From: Gekko japonicus
Taxonomy: Eukaryota
Direction: 5' to 3'
Assembly: GCF_001447785.1 (NCBI RefSeq)
Contig: NW_015165887.1
Span: forward strand, 31,373-95,372
DNA length: 64,000 nucleotides
The translations under genes were made by a program, and so were the position numbers. A model generated the notes under the pieces. That model was not told where the DNA came from and did no database searches. It was given only the letters and a program-made list of their open reading frames with translations. Below are positions 1 to 11,753 of the stretch, piece by piece. Each line of letters starts with the position of its first letter. Positions within the stretch are counted from its first letter, which is position 1.

Positions 1-244
1 ACAGAGTGTTGGACTGGATGGGTCATTGTCCTGATCCAACATTGGTTTCTCTTATGTTCTTATGTTCTTAATGGAGTAAAATATGGAATGCGAATATCAA
101 ATTGACCAAATCAGTTGCATTCAAAGAAAATTTGTATAAAATGTTCTATAGATGTCATCTAACCCCAGATAGGTTAGCTAACATTTATAAAAACTTGAGT
201 GACAAATGTTGGAAATGTAATAATCATGTTGGATCATACTATTA

Positions 245-650
245 CCAGGGTGTCAAACACATGGCCTGGGGGCCGGATCAGGCCCCCGGAGGGCTTTCAT
301 CAGGCCCACAGTGGAACTGGCCATCTCTGGCTTCCAGTTCTGCTGCTGCTGCTGCATCATAGCTTGCTTCAACACTCAGCCATTTCATGTTTTAACCTGG
401 GTCCTCAACTCAAAACTCTGAGCCTGAGATTTCTGTGGTGAATGTCAATAAATCAAAAGTAGGTTTTCAGCTTACAGAGATAATGTTTGAAGCATGTTTT
501 CATTTTAAGTAAAAAAATTGTGTTTGTGTCCTTTATAAAGTTTATATCTCCATTACCTGGCATTACATTTTATGACACACATGGCCTGGCCCATCAAGGT
601 CTCATTTATGTCAGATCCGGCCCTCATAACAAATGAGTTCGACACCACTG
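245..650. mobile_element. hAT-type MITE inside L1
   Basis: Imperfect TIRs CCAGGGTGTCAAAC / GTTCGACACCACTG; 8-bp TSD TACTATTA / TACTATCA. Confidence 0.8.
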
Positions 651-821
651 TACTATCATATGTGGTGGACATGTGAAAAGATTCATAAATACTAGATTGG
701 AGTACATACTTTCTTACAATCAGTGTTGAATATTACAATAGTTTTTAAACCAGAAGTATTCTTGTTAAACTGTCTACCAGATGACTTAGATAAAAACCAT
801 AGATACTTTATTTTACATGTT

Positions 822-1081
822 TCACACACACACAAAACCTTTATTGGCATGAAAGCACAAAACATCATGGAAATATGGAAAAATACTAAGATGCATCAGT
901 CACTTACACTTACACTATGCAAGCCTCGTCTTCTGATTGCATAATATAAAATTTTTGCAACAGCCTCCATTATTTTGCAATTAGAAGAAACAGAAGAAAG
1001 TGAACAATTGAGTCATGAGAGTGCCAGCTCTTACCCTCTAGAAATGGAGTAATAAAATGAGATCAGATATCCCTATAGAGG
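822..1081 (-). mobile_element. Short LINE 3' fragment inserted in L1 (family uncertain, possibly RTE-X)
   Basis: 13-bp TSD TATTTTA(C/T)ATGTT at 809-821 and 1082-1094; minus-strand AATAAA and (TG)n tail. Confidence 0.6.
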
Positions 1082-1469
1082 TATTTTATATGTTATAACA
1101 GCAGCCAGAATCTTATTTGCAACGACATGGAGGACATTGAAAATCCCAACACTTAATAAATTAATAACGAAGATTATGGAATGTGGTGAAATGGACAGTT
1201 TGACAAATATACTAAAAGGAAAAATGGAAGAAGAATTTATGGGACAATGGAGGGTGTTTTATGACTGGTTAAAACATAAGTATTAAGAAACTAAGACTAA
1301 ATGAAGAACAATAAGAAAGATGGTTATAATAGTTGTGAAGCTTTCAGGAGAGGTTTTGCATGAAGAATGCTAATTTGGATTTTTTTTCTACAACTCTGTA
1401 CTCCCCACCCCTTTCTTTTCCCTTTCCCCCTTTCTATATATAAACTAATAAAACTCTATGAAAAAAAAA

Positions 1470-2455
1470 TCATAGAATCACAGAGTTGGAAGGGACCGTA
1501 CAGACCATCTAGTCCAACTCCCTGCTCAATGCAGGATCAGCCTAAAGCTTCCCTGACAAGTGTTTGTCCATCCACTGCTTAAAGACTGCCAGTGAGTGCA
1601 AGCTCACCACCTCCCTAGGCAGCTGCACAACTCTTACTGTAAAAACGTAATTTAAACCCATTATTGTGAGTCCTATCCTCTGCTGCCATCAGGAACAGCT
1701 CCCTGCCCTCCTTTAAGTGTCAGCCCTTCAGATACTTCAAAAAAGGCAAGCTCACCACCTCCCTAGGCAGCTGCACAACTCTTACTGTAAAAACGTAATT
1801 TAAACCCATTATTGTGAGTCCTATCCTCTGCTGCCATCAGGAACAGCTCCCTGCCCTCCTTTAAGTGTTAGCCCTTCAGATACTTCAAAAAAGCAATCAT
1901 GTCCCCTCTCGACCTCCTCTTCTCCAGACTAAACATTCCTAAGTCCCTCAGCCTTTCCTCATAGGGCTTGGTCTCCAGGCCCCCAATCATCCTTGTCACT
2001 CTCCTCTGCACCAGCTCCATTCTGTCCACATCCTTTTTGAAGTGAGGCCTCCAGAACTGCACAGAATTCTCTAGGTGTGGCCTGACCAATGCAGTATACA
2101 GCGGGACTATCACATATTGTGATTTGGATGTTATGCCTCTGTTGATACACCCCAAGATTGCATCAGCCTTTTTTGTCATTGCATCACATTGGCTGCTCAT
2201 ATTTAACTTATGGTCCACCCATACCTCAGGATCTAGTTCACACACACTGCTACCCGGAAGTGTATCCCCCATCCAGTATGCGTGTTCCTCGTTTTTGTTT
2301 CCCATTTGTAAAACTGGGCATTTATCCTTGTTAAATTGCATCTTGTTCACATTCGCCCACTTTTCCAGCATGTTCAGATCTTGTAGAATTCTGTCTCTAC
2401 CTTCTGGTGTGTTTGCTGCTCCTCTGAATTTGGTGTCACCTACAAACTTAATGAG
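1470..2455 (-). mobile_element. CR1 LINE 3' fragment
   Basis: ORF 1868-2371 (MQFNKDKC...LYTALVRPHLE..VQFWRP...LGMFSLEKRR) and CR1 tail TCATAGAATCACAGAGTTGGAAGGGACC; about 150-bp internal tandem duplication at about 1598-1893. Confidence 0.9.
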
Positions 2456-2662
2456 TAGTGGCCAGTGGGTGAAGACTTGTTTGTTTCATCTAGCATTCCC
2501 TCAATAATACCTCCTCCCTGGCCTATGTTTTAAATTGATGTCTGTTTTTAATTGAGGTATGTTTTTAGTCATCAGGCACCTTGGTGAGCCTGACTGGGCT
2601 GAAAGACAGGTTATAAATATTCTAAAATAAATGCTTGAATGAATAAATGTACTTTCTCATAG

Positions 2663-4390
2663 AAATAAATGAGACTCACTCAAAAGTGCATAAAATTGAG
2701 TAGGTTCTGTTGTACAACCTGGAGGACCTCGAGGACCCAGATACCCCAGAAGCGGCCGTCCCATCTCCACTGCCAGACGCCCTGGCCCGGGCCGGCGAGG
2801 CGCCTGGCTTATCTCACATCAATCTTCCGGCAGACAGCACGGCCGTGCCCCGAGAAGCAGTGCTACCCGCCCCACAGCAGCCAACACCGACCAGCTGTCA
2901 GCCGAGTGCAACGGTGTCACCTTCTACCCCGGTTCCAGCACCTCGCCGCTCTACAAGAGCACGTAAAGCACCCTCATATTTACAGGACTTTGTGTGTGGG
3001 TGTCTTTTGAACCAAGGGGGGAGGGATGTAATATATCCGTCTCTGACCACGTGCGTGGCTAGGTCACCATGCGGTCATGTGAAGCGCTGAGCTTCGCTTG
3101 TAAGAACAATGGGCCAAGCGGATCCTAGCCTGCACCAATAGGAAGGCTAGGCTCCCGGCCGAGAGCCCATGGGACTCTTGGCCACTATAATGACCAATCA
3201 CTTGTGTGTGGGTGTGTTTTGGGTGTGGAATTGTTGCACATATAAACCGACCTGCGAGCCAGTTTTAGTTGTCTTGTTCCGAACTAAATAAAAGTATGAG
3301 AGCTGAAATCGCTAGTAGGTCTCAGTACTTTTCAACTGGTACAGATTATGTAGCTGTCTTGCATAACATGATTTGATACCTCACCCTCCAAGTGAACAGC
3401 AACTTCATGAGGAGATAACTTCTGTCGCTTTTTAATGCCAGACAATTTGCTGCAAACAGCACAGTCACAGAACACTTCTGGTTTAATGGAAAGAATAAAG
3501 CAGGCAGAGTGACAATAAATATAGTGAGTAAGTTTAGCTTGTAGATTTCATTGGAACATGCGTCATGAATGATATGAGACAGAGGCAAAAACCAGGATCT
3601 GTCCTTTTCCATGATGGGTGGACCCCCCCCCCAATGAGATTCCTGTACCACAAACCAGTTTCAGCACAATAGAATTTGTCTGGAGCCTTGAAAAATGTTG
3701 TATTACATGATACCCTGCATTTGAAATTAAAGGCGCTGTAGGATAGAAGGAAAGAGAGAGAAATCTAAATCCCAATTGCATCTATGATTGGATGTTGCAT
3801 TACTAATGCATTGTAGCAATATTCACAACTGGATTGTTTTTATACATAGAAAATCCAATTGAAAAAGGTGAAATGATAGTACAACATTCAGCTCTGTGTG
3901 GATGCAGCCGTATGGGACTAAATGCTAGATTTAAACTCAACAGAACATATTTCCACATATATGGAGAAAGTGGAGGTTCTAATCCCCATAATAATCATGG
4001 ATGGTAATTACTGTGGTGTACAAGACTGTGATCTTATACAAGAACATGGCTGCAGACAGCTCGCAAGTTAAATATCACAAAGAACTAGAGCAGTTCTTAG
4101 AAAGGATGAAATGTATAATGTAGTGCCAGATGGCAGAAACCACAGAAGGCCTTCAATACCTCAGACAAAATCTGAATCAGCCGCAAGTGGGCGCCAAAGA
4201 TCAGCGATTTCAGAGTGGTACATGCTTTCTTTCACATTGACACACAACAATCTTGTATGTTTGTGAATTTAGACCTGTACTGGATTTCTTGGCATATTAA
4301 AGAAAACAATAATGGCAACAGTATAAAAAAATTTAAATTCATCTCCATATATCCTTCAGGTTGGTGAAGGGAAAAGCATACACTTTAAAC
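2663..4390 (+). pseudogene. Decayed coding sequence of unknown family, copy A (interrupted by the Gypsy fragment at 2706-3343)
   Basis: Paralogous to 8510-9230 with many synonymous third-position differences. Reads ...IEKGEM...SWMVITVVYKTVILYKNMAAD...ELEQFLERMK...QMAETTEGLQYLRQNLNQPQVGA...DLYWISWH. Homology is clear at 3845-4390; the 5' boundary rests on a putative acceptor. Confidence 0.55.
2706..3343 (+). mobile_element. 3' end of a young Gypsy element with polypurine tract and 3' LTR (3027-3343)
   Basis: pol tail RRSTRARKAPSYLQDFVC, PPT AAGGGGGGAGGGA directly before TGTAATA...GTACA, TATAAA at 3241, AATAAA at 3287. CpG-rich. Confidence 0.82.
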
Positions 4391-5621
4391 AGAACCACTG
4401 TATACTGGTTGGGGAGGGCTGCCATCAAGTCACAGGTGACTTATAGCGACGCCGTGCAGTTTTCAAAGCAAGAGATGTTCAGAGGTGCTTTGCCACTGCC
4501 TACCTCCACACCACAACCCTGATTCCTCAGTGGTCTCCTTTCCAAATACTGACCAGGGTCGACTCTGCTTAGATTCTGTGATCTAACGAGATCGGACTAA
4601 CCTGGTTTGTACTTAGTAATTTCAGTGAGTGAATCAGTTCTGTGGGGTCTTATTGGCATATCTCTCAAATCTTTTTAAACTATTACCTTCAGACTCACAA
4701 TTCCATACTAGCAAAAAGAATGTTTTACATTAATATGTTTGCAGTGAATACTTCCAGTGTATCAACATTCAAACTTTTAAAATCTATAAATAGTACATGG
4801 TTGTTTATGTCCAAATTCCCAGTAATACATAGTAGCAAGTCAATGAGTGTGATGGTATGGTACAGAGGTTAGAGTGTTGGACTAAGATCTGGGAGACCAA
4901 GGTTCTAATCCCCACTCTGCCATGAAAGCTTGGTAAATGACCTTGAGCTAGTCACACACACACCCCACAGTCTAATCTTCCTCACACATTTGTGAGAATA
5001 ACATCCAGAAGAACTGAATGATGTAAGTCACTTTGTGTACCCACTGAGGAGGAAGGTGGGGTCTAAATGAAGTAAATAAATAGTCAAATAAATAGACCAA
5101 AATAGATACAATCAGCAAATAAATCCCATTATATATCAACATGTGCACAAAAAACCAGTTATATAATGGAAAATTAGCACTGTGTTCCCCTATCAAAATA
5201 ATTATTGAACAGGTAGATTATTTGAATTTTGTTCAGTGTGGAATAACAATAAATCCTATGGGCTCTGGTCTCTTGCATTCCTCAATAATAGTAATCCCCA
5301 CCTGTGAATTTCTTTTCAGTTGTTTTATAGAGGAAAGAAAAAACAAAGCTTCCAATAGCTGTTCCTCATCTTACATGCAGGGCAGGTGCCATCCTTTGGT
5401 AAAGCTCTGACAAGGTAAGAGAAACTTGTCCTCACATATGGTACATACAGAAGCACAGAATATCTTTAAGTATCATAATTGTAAGCAGGACAGCCTCACT
5501 GAATCATAAGCTAATAAACATACTAATACTACTGTGGTTAAAGGACACTGCACTCACAGGTATATGTGTAAATAGTGGAACTTCTTGTGGTAGATGTTTA
5601 CATTTTGAACTGTGCATGTTC

Positions 5622-5820
5622 NNNNNNNNNNNNNNNNNNNNNNNNNNNNNNNNNNNNNNNNNNNNNNNNNNNNNNNNNNNNNNNNNNNNNNNNNNNNNNN
5701 NNNNNNNNNNNNNNNNNNNNNNNNNNNNNNNNNNNNNNNNNNNNNNNNNNNNNNNNNNNNNNNNNNNNNNNNNNNNNNNNNNNNNNNNNNNNNNNNNNNN
5801 NNNNNNNNNNNNNNNNNNNN
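5622..5820. other. Assembly gap
   Basis: N run. Confidence 1.
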
Positions 5821-6171
5821 ATACTGCGAGTTTATGTCAGAGTGAAGTCTGAGTGACTGTAACACTAAGTTTTGCCAGTTATATTTACAAGTTCTTATTT
5901 TTTCAGTAACAGTTCAAAATAACCAGAAACCTATTTTGTTCTTCATTAAATAAATCAATTTTTATTTAAGCTTATCCCAGCAATCAGTACGGTTCTTCCT
6001 CAGGGCCACATAGTCCTCTGAAGTGCCTAGGTCATTCTACCAGCAGAGAGAGAGATCTGGAATTTTTAATTCCTGGTGGCAGCAGAAATCTATTAAGTTT
6101 AGGTACACAAAGCATGTTTAAAGGTAAAACTGTCTCCCCAATAAGCAAGAACGTCACACTCTGCTTCACAC

Positions 6172-7878
6172 ACCACCCGGCCAGGATAAGGGGGTTGTCT
6201 TGAGCTAAAGCCTTCTCTGGGATGATGGTATTCAGCCTTGCCTGGTAGAACTCTATCAGGACTTCTTCCGGCCATCCCAAGAGTTTGGCGGCAGTGGCCT
6301 TGAACTCATCTGAATATTCTTGTACTGAGTGGGTACCTTTGTGGATCCCTCGCAGCCAGGTCCGAGCCTTCTCCAACTCGAGGGGATCCTCAAACTCGTG
6401 TCAGAGAGCATGCATGAAGGCATCAACATCTTTTAGCTCCGGTGCTGCCACATTGTACAGGCCGACAAACCAGTCTGCCGCTCTGTCTCACAGCTGGGAG
6501 CCCATGAAATCCTCTCTTTGCTTGTCCGAGGCAAAAGTGTGTCCCACTAGGGTTGCCAGCCTCCAGTGGGGCCTGGGGATCTCCCGCTTTTACAAGTGAT
6601 CTCCAGCTGACCGAGATAAGCTCCCCTGGAGAAAATGGCTGCTTTAAAGGGTGGACTCTATGGCATTGTACCATGCTGAGGCCCCTCCCCTCCCCAAACT
6701 CCACCCTCTCCTGGCTCCACCCCCAAAGTCACCAGATATTTTCCAACCCAGACCTGGCAACCCTAGTGTCCCACTCTCATAGCATCTTCCACACATGTAT
6801 CTCAAAGAACGCCAGCTTGGCGGGGCTCCCATCAAAGGTTGCCTCCAGGGCATCTCGGGGCTGTTCGCGCTCCGTGCTGACCTTATGAGGAAGAGGGGCC
6901 AGCCGGGGAGGTGGTTCGGTCTTGTCACCTTTCCCCTCTTCTTCCTCTTCTGACGTCTCGGATACTTCCTTCTCCATCAGTTCCTTCACCAACTTGGGTA
7001 GATTCTTCATGAGATACTGGAAGTTTAGCTCCTTCAGGTCGGAGTGTAAACTGGAATGAGCCTTGTCCGCAGATGAATCTTCTCCCATTCCTCTCACATT
7101 CTGCCCAATTTGGGGTCATCTTGGAAGGTGTGCAAAACATGGCATCATTCATGCTCGCTCTGCCCTCTGGCTCCCTAGAATCCCAGGGTGCCTCCCAACC
7201 AGGCTGGATCATCCCAGTGATCAGGAGGCTGGAAAATGACTTGCTTCTTGAGGTGCAAACCTGTGCCCTTGGCTGTCTTCTTCTTCTGGGGGTCAGGCAC
7301 CAGGTTCTCGGGTTCAGACCCGGTGCTAGTGCCTGCAATGCCATCTCCATTGCCATTCCCCATTTCCTTTAGAATGGGAGCCAGGTGGGAGAATAAGGGA
7401 GTCCTAACAATCTGTCAGTCAAATCACTCTCCACATGCACTTTCTTTAGTGAATGTTTTATTTAGAGATATGAGATGCTGTAGGTTCAAATGCTTTGTTA
7501 GGACTGATTTGCAAGGCGGGAAACACAAGGTATAGTTACATCCCCAAGTTCCATGCATTCAACATCAGCATTACTACCGTGGTTCTGAAAGATATACAAC
7601 CACTATCTAGCCTGACACAGACTTTACTTCAAGGACGTTTCTCATGTGAAAGATGTCTTGAGGCCTCCTAGAATAGTTACCAAAGCTAGCCTCCCTAAAT
7701 TACTACAGATACTCACTCCCCCCCCCAGGAATGCAATGGCAGCGAGAGCAGCGATAAGGGAATAAAGAGAAAGCTAAACATATATTGGGGTGCACGGGAA
7801 GCAAGCAGAATACATCAGGTTAAAATGTAGCAGATAAAAATACAACAGGTACAGCTGCTCAAATGCCCGAGTCTGACA
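6172..7878 (-). mobile_element. Gypsy (Sushi/Mart-like gag) element: LTR 7413-7878 plus decayed gag
   Basis: LTR bounded by TGTCAG...CTGACA. Gag ATFDGSPAKLAFF...AADWF...FEDPLELEKAR...SVQEYSDEF with stops, interrupted by a MITE. Confidence 0.75.
6548..6765. mobile_element. hAT-like MITE (TAGGGTTGCCA...TGGCAACCCTA family)
   Basis: Clean TIRs and flanking duplication GTGTCCCAC; splits the gag frame. Related copies at about 14205-14420, 34845-34990, 41190-41380 and 61170-61545. Confidence 0.82.
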
Positions 7879-8259
7879 GTCTGATCTGTAGGTGTCTTAT
7901 GCATCAAAAACTGCAACACATATATAATGTAATAGTCCACATATTAAATTATTTTTTAATTCAGATGCAATTATATGCTCTTCCCAGAAATATATAATTC
8001 ATTCATCTTGTTCTTCTGTTGTCATATTATGTTACCACTTTTCTAACCAAATTAAAATGCCATAAAAGTTTATATAATGTTATAAACTATTAAAACTGTA
8101 GTGGGATTTATATTTCCCATTGCTTTCAGTGAGAAATATTTAAGCATGTATTTTCCCATAAAAATAAATGGGCCTCCAAAGGGCTTTTGCTAGATTGCTA
8201 ATGATTATGCAAATACATTAGTTGCTTGATATGATATGATATCTATCTTATTCTCACAG

Positions 8260-9230
8260 TTGGCAGAAAACAGATGGATTTGCTCTGTTACAATTTTAGG
8301 CTAGACAGTGTGGCTAAAAACAGAGTAGGGGAGGGAAAGTACATAAGAACATAAGAGAAGCCAATGTTGGATCAGGCCAATGGCCCATCCAGTCCAACAC
8401 TCTGTCACACAGTGGCCAAAAATACCAGGTGCCATCAGGAGGTCCAGCAGTTGGGCCAGGACATTAGAAGCCCAGTGGGGTCAGGACACTAGAAGCCCTC
8501 CCACTGCTTATACAACCAAAGTATAGAGAAAGGAGAGGTAGGATGTCAGAATGAGGAAGTTGGATCCCAGTGTTGGATTTAAGCCCAAATGGAACACATT
8601 TGTATAAAGGATATAATATTTATCATGGTGACTGAAAAAAGAAATTGTTAACCTGAAATGTAAGAATTCTTTAGGAATAAACCTAAGTAAACAATAACAC
8701 CAGAGTCGTTTTGCACCATTCAAACAAACATTGAGACTAAGAAACAAAAAGGGAGTTCTGTCAACTCAGGACCCATATTTTCCATTCATCCTCCATAACT
8801 ATCATGTTGTATCAGGTTTTCTTGGTGCATATTTCTGAACAAAGGTGAGGATTCTGCCCTACAGATTCACGCATGGTCCCTTATATGGTGTACAAATCTG
8901 TGATTTCAAAAAAGAACATTGGTGCAGACAGAACTAAAGCAGTTTTTCGAAAGGGTGAAAAGTATGGTCTAGCAGCAGATGGCTGAAAGGGTAGGCAAGG
9001 GCCTACAGTAACAATCTCATGAAAAATCTGAATCAGCCACAAGTGGGAGCCAATTTCAAAGCTTTTATAGAAGTTGCTTTCACACACACTTATGAGTTTG
9101 CTTCTTATTTGATTTGTGGCAGATTTCCTGCCATGATTTTCTTTTTAAAAGATATCCCAACAAGTGGTTAAACATTTACAACATCTACTTGCATGTATCA
9201 TTCCAGTCAGCGTATGAAAGCACACTTTGG
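8260..9230 (+). pseudogene. Decayed coding sequence of unknown family, copy B (interrupted by CR1-type tail at 8341-8506)
   Basis: Reads IEKGEV...SRMVPYMVYKSVISKKNIGAD/ELKQFFERVK...QMAERVGKGLQ*..LMKNLNQPQVGA...DLWQISCH with frameshifts. Putative acceptor TTCTCACAG ends at 8259. Confidence 0.55.
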
Positions 9231-11753
9231 AGAAATACATTTTAATCTGGAGGTTTGTGCTGTACAAAATCCTTCACATTTAGTTTTTAAAGGTTTTTCT
9301 TTCTCCTACCAGCCACAGTGTTTAGTCATGCCGGCCACATGACCACGGAACTGTCTTCGGACAGCGCTGGGTTTTTGGCTTTGAAATGGAGATGAGCACC
9401 GCAACCCTAGAGTTGGATTTGACTGGCTTTCGAGCAAGGGAACCTTTACCTTTACCTTTTACCAGCCACTACCCAACAGCAGCTGAGCAACCAGACAGGG
9501 AATCACAGTCTGCTGTGGACACACAGCTGGGAGGCAGTGAAGTGCTGGTTTCATCCCCCAGCCCTGAGCTGACAGCCAACCATCCTATCTCCTCCAGGAT
9601 GCCCAGGTCCGCAACAGCAGTGCTGGCTCAGGTGTAGAGGGGATTTACAGTCCATACAGAGGTCTGCCTGTCTCAGTTGCAGAGGAAGGAGAGACATAAC
9701 CAGAAGAGACATGAAGCAGCTGTTGCAGAGCGTGATGTAGGGCTTGGAGCATATACATTGGAGTACAGGGGAGGAGTTCTTCCGCATGGCTTCAACATGT
9801 TCCCCTTGGACGCTGACCTGCCACTGCTGCTGTATCTGACTTGCTTTTTGGAAAACTGAACATGGCCTGCTCAGACAATTCTTGTGTTAACTTCCAGACT
9901 CTGTTTATTAAACTCTGGCATCCTGCTTCTGATAGCCAGCTCCAGCTAACTGCCTGAGTTGAAGTTGTGTATGCTGGCACTTGCATGAAGCAGAACAGTA
10001 GTTCTCAGAATCACAGGAAATTCCATGGTAAAACCATAAGGTTTCTGGAGATCCCTAGAGCAACCCTATATAGGGATGGGCATAAACGAGGGAACTGAGA
10101 TCGAAGGCTTGTTCACAAAACACACTGGTTTGTGGCCCTGAAAACCCTGTTGAAAGGGACCGCAGTCGCTTTAAAAGGGTTTGCAGAAAGCCTGAAAAAC
10201 AGCTGAGGGGGCTGTCTTCTGCAGTCCCTTTAAATCGGGACTGCAAAAGACAGCCCAAAAAACAGCTGCACTGCTACTGGATTCAAATCTAACTGAACCA
10301 CAGTTAGTGAAGGGGAAGGAAGATATCCATTCATTAGAAGAGGGGGCAGTCTGTCAACCTGTGGGATGCTGTGTACTCACTAGGAACAGAAGAACTTTCA
10401 GTGTTACATCAGTGTAAAATATACTACAGACTAAAGAGTGGGCTTGCAGCTGATCAAATATCTCCATTTTTTCTGCTTATGTAATTATAGCTGAAGCTGA
10501 AAATAGCCAGAGTTTCCTCCTATTTACTTTTCCCTTTGTGTCAGGGAGTGAGAGGACAAGCCATTCTCAAAAAGAGATTTCATTCATCATTAGCAAACAA
10601 TCTAACAGAAGAATGGTCAAGTAATAACACTTCTCAAGTAATTGTTGCAATACCTAATGACCGGCTTTGTGGATGCAATCACATATGCAGTTGATCACAG
10701 AGTAAAATTGTAATATAGTGATCAGCCTTTATAGCTGAAGGAGAAAAAAAACACATACAATATCCCCACATTTCAACATCATTTTATCTTTTACAGGAAC
10801 CTTGTTTCACAATGCAATCTACGTGCATGGTCACTGAGATGTAACTTTGTTCTGTGGGGCTTATTCCTAGGCAACCTTCTGCAGGATTGCACTCTAGTCA
10901 ATTGATTATCTCCTTTTGAACTGACTGATTAAACTGAGCTGAATGTACACATTTCCAAAATTCAGTACAAGCATCTTTTTAGAATAATGGACCCCCACAC
11001 ACACACACTACCCTACCCATCCTTCCTATAGTTAAACAGCTCTTCCTTTGGTGAACTTTGTTGAGTGGATTGGTAGGATACAGGCCCATGAGACCTTATT
11101 ATTTAATAAATACAACCTCTTTTCTTTGTCATGCCTAAAACCAAATATCCTTAAAAATAAAGTAGTGTGCTCCTAACTTACAGTCCCATGGAATAAAATA
11201 TTGCCCTCACAAACTAAAATTGGATGTTACCAACGAATCAGCTACTTGTTATAAAAACACTCCTTTAGCTTTCTTTTCAAAACAGGTGACCTTCTATCCT
11301 ATTCTGAGGATGCCTCTCTACTTTCTTTTGGTAGCCCTTCTGTTCATAACAAAGATGAATCATTATCTTCACCCTGAAGGTACCACTTTGCTTGTACCAT
11401 TTCAGTTTATTCCACATTTTCACAGATTACATCACAACACTGTAGGGAATGCCTCACAAAAGTCATAACTGAAAGTTGCCAAACCAGGCTCTTTGATAAA
11501 CTGCCATTAAGTATACTTCCTTGGGTCAGTCACAAGTTCTCTCAGAGCTTTTCTCTCAAGAGCAGTCCTCAAAAGAGCTCTCTCAGCCCCCCCTACCTCA
11601 CAGGGTGTCTGTTGTAGGGAGGGGAAGGGAAAGGAGATTGTAAACTGCTCTGAGACACTGAATGAAGGGTGGGGTATAAATCCAATCTCTTCTTCTTCTT
11701 CTAAATTAGGTCCACTAAAACACAACTTCTTATCTACCTCTCTTGTCAATGGA

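Larger units (their letters stand above)
72..1469 (+). mobile_element. 5'-truncated L1 (ORF2 C-terminus, 3' UTR, poly-A) with two nested insertions
   Basis: KENLYKMFYR.HLTP...CWKC...YY|HMWWTC...ITAARILFA; AATAAA at 1447 and A-tail at 1461-1469. Confidence 0.82.

Noticed and set aside
4125-4175. QMAE..GLQYL read as a protein kinase subdomain VIa
   Set aside because: No HRD or DFG motifs follow in either paralog.
5554-5865. ORFs spanning N runs (also 17978-18622 and 61684-62815)
   Set aside because: Artefacts of assembly gaps.
6032-7100. Domesticated RTL/PEG10-like gene
   Set aside because: Stops, a MITE insertion and an adjacent LTR indicate a dead retrotransposon.
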